Virus record (IMG/VR): IMGVR_UViG_2562617147_000003
Location: 10,046-74,045 of that record
DNA length: 64,000 nt
DNA from: a virus
Taxonomy: Duplodnaviria; Caudoviricetes
Direction: 5' to 3' (one strand)
In this document: piece after piece, positions 57,506 to 64,000 of the stretch
Position numbering within the stretch: the first letter of the stretch is position 1
Layout: each line of letters begins with the position of its first letter
Notes under the pieces: model-generated
The model's database searches: none
What the model was told of the DNA's origin: nothing
Seen by the model: only the letters and a program-made list of their open reading frames with translations
Position numbers and translations under genes: made by a program

Positions 57506-57782
57506 TCTCTCCTTTGTTTTTCTTGATATTTGTAATGTAGTTTTTCAGAAATTTAATATAACTTTTTTTATCGTCTTCACATTTCACCTTGATGCCAACT
57601 ATCACCACGGCTTTTCGTAAGCAGGAAGAAATATTGAGTATGCATATTCCTCTTCTTAAATTACGCGTGGCATCTTCAATAAATTTATTACCAATCTCCT
57701 CCTGTTCATCTAGGTAATCCTCTATTTCTCCTATGATGGCATTAAGCTCTATTTCTTCCGACGACGCATCGAAGTTTTCCAC
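57486..57782 (-). CDS. Hypothetical AT-rich protein
   Basis: AGGAGG RBS; overlaps next gene. Confidence 0.55.
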   Translation of the reverse strand: MENFDASSEEIELNAIIGEIEDYLDEQEEIGNKFIEDATRNLRRGICILNISSCLRKAVVIVGIKVKCEDDKKSYIKFLKNYITNIKKNKGENAHVSD

Positions 57783-57887
57783 GACTTACCTCCTACCCGG
57801 AGCCCCGCAGAGCTCAGTTGTTATTTGTGGGTCCAGCAAGTCGAGGAGCCGAACCAGATTAACCAGGAACTTTTCTTACTCATGGGC

Positions 57888-59051
57888 TTAGTCCTTCTTG
57901 CTCTGACTTTTGGCTGCACTTTCCACGCGCGCCCTTTCAATCTGATCCCGTAGCGACGAAGCGACACTGCCCTGGCGCAGGCCCTTCTCGTGATTGGCTT
58001 CTCGGCTGGCATTCCAGAGATTGCTGGCCGTGCCCCTGACCATGCCGCCCACGCCTTCCGCGCCTTGGGCCTTGGCAGCTTGGGCGGCCCGGCCTATATT
58101 GGCGACGCCGGAGCCAGCGGCCATACCAACGCCAGCAAGCCCGGCCCCCATAGCCATGACCGTGGAGGTCAGGGCCTGGCCGGAGCTGACGTGCGAGCCC
58201 TGGATGATTCCGGCCACAACATCGGGAAGGGTTTTGACGAGGCAATAAAAGATTACGCAGAAGCAAAGAGTGACGCCGATCTCTCCCCACGTAACCGTTT
58301 CCACCATCTTAAGTTTCATGATAAAGTTTATACCAACACCCATAACAAGTTCCATTGTCATGAGCTTAAACGCTACCGCGAAAACATAGCGCAGGGCGTT
58401 GATTGCATAATCTCTAAGGAATGACGTTGCCCCAAGGCCAAGAAGGACGGACGAAGCGCACATGGCGATGATGCACTCACATTTGATAAGAATTATTTGT
58501 AGTGTTATGAGTGCAAAACAAAATAATATTGCAATTCCGGCCAATATGTATGTTAGCGACTTCGCCGGAGACCAGCCGTCACACAATGCAAATAAACTCT
58601 GTGCTAATTCGAGGCCAACAGTAAACGGTTTGTCAGAGGCATCAACGAGGTTTGTCGCCTCACCTGCTATAGACTTTAACCCATTAATGATATTCCAAGT
58701 CCAAGTGTGATAATTATTGATAACTGCAAGGAAAAATCCAGCAGCAAGCAGTACAAAGCAAAAATTCTTGATCGTTTCGCGTATGTCAGAAGACCCAAGA
58801 GACATTTTTACACCAAGCCAAGCCACTTCAAGCACTGCACACCAGTAAAAAATGACCTTTGCATACTTGAGCATAACATTTTCATATTTTGATAATCCCT
58901 CATAAAATGTTGGGACAATTTCTGATATGACAGTTCCGCCTTGTGGGGCTGCATAAATTGTACTACTATCAATAAAAATTAAAGAACAAAGGAGTGATAC
59001 TATGAAAAAAAATATTCTTATAATTTGTGTATTTGTATTTTTATTGGCCAT
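57888..59051 (-). CDS. trbL: P-type conjugative transfer protein TrbL (VirB6)
   Basis: Multi-TM, LGLGATSFLRDYAINALRY, LVKTLPDVVAGIIQG, Gly/Ala-rich tail. Confidence 0.88.
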   Translation of the reverse strand: MANKNTNTQIIRIFFFIVSLLCSLIFIDSSTIYAAPQGGTVISEIVPTFYEGLSKYENVMLKYAKVIFYWCAVLEVAWLGVKMSLGSSDIRETIKNFCFVLLAAGFFLAVINNYHTWTWNIINGLKSIAGEATNLVDASDKPFTVGLELAQSLFALCDGWSPAKSLTYILAGIAILFCFALITLQIILIKCECIIAMCASSVLLGLGATSFLRDYAINALRYVFAVAFKLMTMELVMGVGINFIMKLKMVETVTWGEIGVTLCFCVIFYCLVKTLPDVVAGIIQGSHVSSGQALTSTVMAMGAGLAGVGMAAGSGVANIGRAAQAAKAQGAEGVGGMVRGTASNLWNASREANHEKGLRQGSVASSLRDQIERARVESAAKSQSKKD

Positions 59052-59379
59052 ATCAAATACTTCCTTCGCATTTAATTTATATGGTTGGTGGAAATCTGAC
59101 GAATGCAATTCTTCTCTTCGAATTATTAAATTTGATGAAGGCTATTTTCATAAAGATAAATATAAAAATCCATATAAGATATTAAAATCATCAAATAATA
59201 TGATAGAAGCTTTATTTGAATTTACTCCAACATACAGTGATAAAGTGGTTATAAAAATAAACAACGATGACAATATCACAATTTCATATCCATCAGAAGA
59301 TACATTTACATATAGACGCATTACCGATGACACTTCCATCTCCAAAGAAAAAGCAATGGAAATGGCTGGAAAAAACTAG
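59002..59379 (+). CDS. AT-rich exported protein between trbJ and trbL, opposite strand
   Basis: AAGGAG RBS, signal peptide. Confidence 0.65.
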   Translation: MKKNILIICVFVFLLAISNTSFAFNLYGWWKSDECNSSLRIIKFDEGYFHKDKYKNPYKILKSSNNMIEALFEFTPTYSDKVVIKINNDDNITISYPSEDTFTYRRITDDTSISKEKAMEMAGKN

Positions 59380-60176
59380 AAAGGGTCAGGATACGACGTT
59401 GTATCCAGCTTCCCAACGCCGTCTATCATTTGCCGATGTAGTTCCTGCTCCATTTGATCTTCCTTCTCTGCCTTCACTTGGCCCGCCAAGTCCGATTGAA
59501 CCTTAGTCGCTATGAGTTCGCGGAGTTGGCGGGCTTCCTGTATCTGGAGCGCCGCAAGCTGATTTCCGGCCATGAGCGCCTTTTGCTGGCCGTCAGGCGA
59601 GGAAAGCAGCTCGTTCATGTAGGCTTCCAGTTCGCCGGATTCTTCCAGGTCTTTGAGCTGGCTTCCTGAGAGCTGGAAAGTCGCCCTGGTGGACTCGTCC
59701 ACCCGGCGGCTCCAACTGTCCCAATTGGTCCGGTAGGTAGCACCGCCCTGGGAAAGCATGTCCCTAGGCAGACCGGCCAGTTGCTTGAACTCGTCCTGGG
59801 TCTGGTAAAGAGCGTCATAGACGTTTCCCAGCCCGGCGACATCGTTGCGCAGGGTGTTCAGCGCGCCCGTGATCTGGCCGACCTTGGAGAGTTCGGAAGA
59901 AATCTTCCGAATAATATTCGCGGGCAGCATGACGGTATTCTGCACCATATTGGTGTACTGCTCGATGTTCTGTTGCACCATCTGAAGTTGGGCGGCGGTC
60001 TGTTCAATAGCCTCGTCATATTCCTTGAGCAGCGTTTTGAGCTGTTCAAGGCTGGTGGCCTTCTCAATGGCCTGCGTCACTCTCGTGCTGCAATTGGTGC
60101 AGTATACCGTTCCGGCATAGGCGTTCAGAGGAGCGGAAAGAGTCAGAAGACAAATCATCGACAAAGAAATTCTCAT
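59376..60176 (-). CDS. trbJ: P-type conjugative transfer protein TrbJ (VirB5)
   Basis: AGTVYCTNCS, QLQMVQQNIEQYTNMVQNT, PDGQQKALMAGNQLA. Confidence 0.9.
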   Translation of the reverse strand: MRISLSMICLLTLSAPLNAYAGTVYCTNCSTRVTQAIEKATSLEQLKTLLKEYDEAIEQTAAQLQMVQQNIEQYTNMVQNTVMLPANIIRKISSELSKVGQITGALNTLRNDVAGLGNVYDALYQTQDEFKQLAGLPRDMLSQGGATYRTNWDSWSRRVDESTRATFQLSGSQLKDLEESGELEAYMNELLSSPDGQQKALMAGNQLAALQIQEARQLRELIATKVQSDLAGQVKAEKEDQMEQELHRQMIDGVGKLDTTSYPDPF

Positions 60177-60216
60177 GGCTTTTCTTCCTGGAGTTGCCAA
60201 CGGTTCAGGCCGCCGC

Positions 60217-60975
60217 CTACAGAATATCCGCCTGCTCAACGCAGGAAAGAAGCTGGTTCCAGTACCTTTTCAGCCGGGCCTTCACCGCGATGGAAGTGGA
60301 ACTGCCGTTGATCCCCGCCTCGAAACTTTGCCGCTTGGCCAGAAGGTCTTCCAGGTCTTTGCCGATCAGCGCCCTGTTGCCTTCCGGCAGCCGGATCAGG
60401 GCATGGAACTGGTGCGAGTGATCCTTGTAGATTTTGAAGTCCTCGAAGCTCATTCCGTCCATGGAAATCTCCCCAAAGAAGGAATTGAGCCAGATCACCA
60501 GTGGTGAATCGGGGAAGCCCCGTACCAGCTGGACAAGTCCTTGGATCGTATCGCCCAGGGCCTGGCCGCCGGTGATGATGGAATGGAAAAAGACCGTGTG
60601 CCCGGCATCGGCCAGGAGCGACAGCACATCATTTTCTTGCAGATACGCGCCCAGGGCGATGAAGGAGGAAGCGCCGTTGTCAACGATGACGTGCGAACCT
60701 TCCGGGGCGTTTACAAGCGCCTCAAGCAGGACATCGAACTTGCGGGCGTCAATGTTCCCGTCCCTCATGATGGCGAGCGTGGTGACATTGAACTCCTTGA
60801 AAGCCGCCAGCGTGGCATTGACCGGGTCCGTGTCGTAGGCGATCACGTCTTTGCCGAAATGCCGCAACGACTGGTACAGAAAGGACGCGACCATGGATTT
60901 TCCCACGCCGCCTTTGCCCTGCAAAATGAAGTGGACTGTCGCCACCGCGTACTCCTTGTGTTCAAAAAATTTCAT
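60217..60975 (-). CDS. traL: TraL-like P-loop protein
   Basis: HFILQGKGGVGKS, DTDPVNAT, VDNGASSF, ITGGQAL.DT, VIWLN. Confidence 0.88.
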   Translation of the reverse strand: MKFFEHKEYAVATVHFILQGKGGVGKSMVASFLYQSLRHFGKDVIAYDTDPVNATLAAFKEFNVTTLAIMRDGNIDARKFDVLLEALVNAPEGSHVIVDNGASSFIALGAYLQENDVLSLLADAGHTVFFHSIITGGQALGDTIQGLVQLVRGFPDSPLVIWLNSFFGEISMDGMSFEDFKIYKDHSHQFHALIRLPEGNRALIGKDLEDLLAKRQSFEAGINGSSTSIAVKARLKRYWNQLLSCVEQADIL

Positions 60976-61402
60976 CAGGATCGACTTTCACCTGACCAAA
61001 GGGGGCTTTTTTTTCCACCCCTGCTTTTCTGGGGCCGCTCCTGGCCGGGGCGCTTTCTTGCTCTGCCGTGGCCGGGGGGCTGGCGGTCTTGTCGCTGGAG
61101 GCGGCCCCGGAAGGCTGTTTAGCTGGCAAAGACGCCGCATTGTCTTCAGCGCTCTTTGAGCTTTCAGGGGCCGGAGCTGACAAGTCAGAGTGCTCCGTAT
61201 ATTTTTCTCTTCTTTGCTCCATTCTTGTGAATAGTCCGAGTGCATACCGCCTGAATGTGTCATAAGACATTGTAATTTTATGTGACTCATAGAAAATTCT
61301 GTAGGCGCTACGGAAGGAATGTCCTTTTTGAAAGAGGCCTTCCGCATTTTTTTCAATAGCCAAATATTCAATACGTGCTTTTCTAGAAGTCGGCATTTTC
61401 AT
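60962..61402 (-). CDS. traK: TraK-like oriT-binding protein
   Basis: ARIEYLA...GHS...KITMSYDTFRRY resembles IncP TraK. Confidence 0.7.
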   Translation of the reverse strand: MKMPTSRKARIEYLAIEKNAEGLFQKGHSFRSAYRIFYESHKITMSYDTFRRYALGLFTRMEQRREKYTEHSDLSAPAPESSKSAEDNAASLPAKQPSGAASSDKTASPPATAEQESAPARSGPRKAGVEKKAPFGQVKVDPDEIF

Positions 61403-62439
61403 TGAGCTATTGCTGTTTCTCTCATAGGAGTGAAATTCCAGTCTTTGAGAAAGGCCAAAACTTCCTTACTTGTATCTGCTTGTTCCGCATGCGGCGCTTT
61501 GCCCTGGCGGTGGAGCAGGGACCACAGACCCCAGGCCGGGCCGCGCTTGCGCTGGCCATCGGCAAAGCGCGAGAGAAAAGCCTCAAAGACTGGCCGAGCA
61601 GCCTCCAGAGCCGGATCAGTCCGGTGCTGATCCTCCAGGCGCTTCATGCAGCGCCGGACCTCTTGGGCTTGCTCCGGCGTCATGGCCTGCTTATCCACTG
61701 GCGATGCCGAGGCCTCGGGCGCTTCATCCAGCCAGCGCCGCCCACGGAGCCAGTTGACGAGGTACGGCACAAAGCGGCCATGTTCCCGGTTCCAGCTCGT
61801 CGAGGACCGGAAGCGATCCAGGGCCGCCAGCAAGGAGTCCAGGGCCGGAAGCTCGCCACGCCGCCAGAGCTGATGCCATACGGCGCGGGCCTGTTCTTTG
61901 GCTTCATTGCGCGGGTAGGTCGCGCAGAGCCGTTCAAAAGCTGAATTACTCAGAAGGAAATCCCCCCCACCCCCACGGCCTTTTCGCTCCACTATTCCGC
62001 TGCGTGACGTTTCATGTTGTTTTGACGTTGGGGGGTAGGGGGGAAATTTTTCTAGATTTTTCCTAGAATTATTTATGTAGCCAAAGTTTGCCTGGGGGTG
62101 GTCAAAGTTTGACCCCCTTCTGACCGGAGCGGCGGAGGCAGTGGACGCCGCCCCGGTACGGGGCCGCAGCAGCACATAGGTGGAGGACCGGCAGGCCGCG
62201 CGGCGGATGGTCAACAGCCGGGCGCGCACCAGCTCGCCCAGCCAGTTTTTGATGCTTGAAACGCAGTAGCCCAACTCCTGGGCCAGGAATCTATGAGATG
62301 GCCAACAATGGTCTTTATCGGAAGCGTGATTACAAAGAAGCGCGTAAAGCATCTTTGCACCGGGAGAAATGTTTTCCCGCAGCACAAATGCCGGTAGAAT
62401 AGGGCCGGTGATCTGACCCTTGGGGGTGAAAGTTTCCAT
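61399..62439 (-). CDS. Replication initiator (N-terminal HTH_36, phage O/DnaD-like)
   Basis: ISPGAKMLYALLC...CWPSHRFLAQELG; YPRNEAK..A...W; FVPYLVNWLRGRRW. Confidence 0.8.
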   Translation of the reverse strand: METFTPKGQITGPILPAFVLRENISPGAKMLYALLCNHASDKDHCWPSHRFLAQELGYCVSSIKNWLGELVRARLLTIRRAACRSSTYVLLRPRTGAASTASAAPVRRGSNFDHPQANFGYINNSRKNLEKFPPYPPTSKQHETSRSGIVERKGRGGGGDFLLSNSAFERLCATYPRNEAKEQARAVWHQLWRRGELPALDSLLAALDRFRSSTSWNREHGRFVPYLVNWLRGRRWLDEAPEASASPVDKQAMTPEQAQEVRRCMKRLEDQHRTDPALEAARPVFEAFLSRFADGQRKRGPAWGLWSLLHRQGKAPHAEQADTSKEVLAFLKDWNFTPMRETAIAQ

Positions 62440-62526
62440 GTCTGTCTACTCCAGACAGGCCCGGAAAAAGCGTAAAAAAGGAGAGCGGAGCTTGACGCCG
62501 CGAAGCCTCTCGGCTAGAGTAGAACT

Positions 62527-62594
62527 CACAAAATTTGTGGGTCTACTCCCCACAGATGAGCCTACGTGTTCCACCACGTAGGCTTTTACTTTTT
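62527..62594 (+). ncRNA. Putative counter-transcribed antisense RNA to the rep leader
   Basis: TTGACG-17-TAGAGT promoter (62492-62520), hairpin TGTGGG/CCCACA, 10-bp stem AGCCTACGTG/CACGTAGGCT plus T-run. Confidence 0.65.
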
Positions 62595-62674
62595 CCGGCC
62601 TATGCTTTTCTCAAATACGCTCCTGCGCTTGAGTGAATCCGGGCGGCTGGCTCGTCAGGCCGTGGGTTCCGATC

Positions 62675-63095
62675 CCACGACGACGCTGGCCGCAAAAGCG
62701 CCAGCGTTTCGCCTTCCAAAGACAGTATTCAGTAACATTTGGCCCTTTTCAGCTACCTTTCAGATTCAATGTCGGCCTTAATAGGTCCGTACTGCGCTTC
62801 CATTTTTTCAAGTATTTCTCTGGCGCAGTCTGCCCATGCATCAGCGGAAACAAACCAGTTTGTTTTCATCTTTTCTGCCAACTCGCCGCTTTTATGTTGT
62901 GTTATGACCATCTCACTAAAAGTTTTCAGGGCCTGAAGAACAAAGGGCTGAATAATCGCACCACGGCGCGAAAACATCATCAGGTCTCTGACAAATTCGT
63001 CATTTGTTTTTTGCTTGGGCAAGATCATGCTCCTTTGAACATCGCAAACCTTTTCCACGACGACGCTGGCCGCAAATGCGCCAGCGTTTCGCCTT
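62675..63095. repeat. 41-bp direct repeat pair (62675-62715, 63055-63095) with internal hairpin
   Basis: CCACGACGACGCTGGCCGCAAA(A/T)GCGCCAGCGTTTCGCCTT, one mismatch. Confidence 0.85.
62753..63028 (-). CDS. Hypothetical protein between the 41-bp repeats
   Basis: AGGAG RBS before MILPKQK. Confidence 0.6.
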   Translation of the reverse strand: MILPKQKTNDEFVRDLMMFSRRGAIIQPFVLQALKTFSEMVITQHKSGELAEKMKTNWFVSADAWADCAREILEKMEAQYGPIKADIESER

Positions 63096-63346
63096 TAAAA
63101 TTCTTGCGCGGCTTTACGGACACTCGAATTGCCGACGTAAACGATAAGGGGGCTGCCGCTGGCGCTCTGTCTGTCCAGTCTGACGCGGTAGCTCCAGTCA
63201 CCTCCAGGCATACAGGACAGCAGCCTGTATTCGGCGTCCAGGCAGGTGCCATCTTCCCATGCGGGGCTCTTGGCGCGCGGATTAAGGACCTGTACGCGGG
63301 TGCCGGGATAGGCGGCAGGCTTTGGGATCGTGCTTTCTTCAGGCAT
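63095..63346 (-). CDS. Hypothetical protein (SH3-like beta fold possible)
   Basis: AGGAG RBS; PGTRVQV...W.DGT...SYRVRLD. Confidence 0.55.
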   Translation of the reverse strand: MPEESTIPKPAAYPGTRVQVLNPRAKSPAWEDGTCLDAEYRLLSCMPGGDWSYRVRLDRQSASGSPLIVYVGNSSVRKAAQEF

Positions 63347-63503
63347 TGATGTTCTCCTGTTCACGGCTGATCTTTACAGTTCAGACGGCAGCGCTGTTTC
63401 CTCGAATGCGCCCAAGGCGTCCGCCAGATCAGGATCGAGCGGCACGGCAAAGCCTTCCTGAGCTTGGTTAAAGGCATCCGTGGCCACGGCGTTCATTATA
63501 CCT

Positions 63504-63707
63504 TTATTCATCATTGCTTCCTTCATGGATTTGTTCTTTCAGCTGGTGGAGTGCGCAGGCTGCTGCACAGGAGGCCTGCCGTTGACTCAGGCCAAACTGT
63601 TCGAAAATGCCGTACAGTTCCGCCACAACTTGGGGAAGAGGCTCAAAAAATTTCTTGTAATCTTCATTAATGTCAGCAGCTACAGCGTTCATCATGTCCT
63701 TGTTCAT
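63504..63707 (-). CDS. Hypothetical protein
   Basis: AGGAGG RBS; overlaps upstream gene stop. Confidence 0.55.
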   Translation of the reverse strand: MNKDMMNAVAADINEDYKKFFEPLPQVVAELYGIFEQFGLSQRQASCAAACALHQLKEQIHEGSNDE

Positions 63708-64000
63708 TGCTCCCTCCTGTCCGTTAGACAATGCGGATAAACTTTCATTCCATACAACGATGCGACCTTATCCACGGAAGTAGTAAAATGCCGTTCCCCC
63801 TTTCCCGTGCGGACCCATTGTGGGTCCAGGTTGAACTGTTCCAGTAGCGCCAGCAGGATTGCCGGGCTGATTTCCCCACGGCGGCGGCTGTCGGAAATGG
63901 CAGCTTGGCGGACTCCAATTCTCTGGGCCAGTTCCGCTTGCCCGGCGTAGCCGGTGGCTTTCAGGATTCGGGAATAAGCATCGGAAAAGGCGGCTTCCAT
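63704..64000 (-). CDS. Phage CI/Cro-like HTH regulator (start at window edge)
   Basis: QAELAQRIGVRQAAISDSRRRG...FNLDPQWVRTGKG. Confidence 0.75.
   Translation of the reverse strand: MEAAFSDAYSRILKATGYAGQAELAQRIGVRQAAISDSRRRGEISPAILLALLEQFNLDPQWVRTGKGERHFTTSVDKVASLYGMKVYPHCLTDRREQ

Larger units (their letters stand above)
47152..64000. mobile_element. IncP-like integrative mobilizable element inserted in selC; continues beyond window
   Basis: Integrase at att, oriT, relaxase module, trbJ/trbL/traL/traK, rep. Confidence 0.8.

Overview
GC-rich window, host inferred to be Desulfovibrio-like. It holds two tandem elements that meet at a 3' fragment of tRNA-Sec (selC, 47152-47216). Left (1 to ~47150) is a temperate prophage with T7/BPP-1-like podovirus morphogenesis genes: HNH-exonuclease, primase-helicase, lysis, terminase, portal, capsid, tail fibre, tail tubular A/B and ejection proteins. 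It also carries three type II toxin modules, a SIR2-domain gene, an ATPase/TOPRIM pair, a dispersed palindromic repeat family, a 5x148-bp mini-ORF array before the tail nozzle gene and a frameshifted P4-type integrase. Right (~47150 to beyond 64000) is an IncP-like integrative mobilizable element: integrase, oriT, mobC/traJ-like, traI with nested traH, trbJ, trbL, traL, traK, rep with a counter-transcript RNA. The best candidate for a new system is at 51870-54807. A secreted tail-collar-domain gene has three silent alternative C-terminal cassettes joined by a shared 13-bp site in both orientations (a shufflon-like locus). It is interleaved with three type I toxin-like 23-aa peptide modules, two of them sitting exactly in the segments that recombination between direct sites would delete. 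All family assignments come from recognising motifs by eye; no database searches were run.
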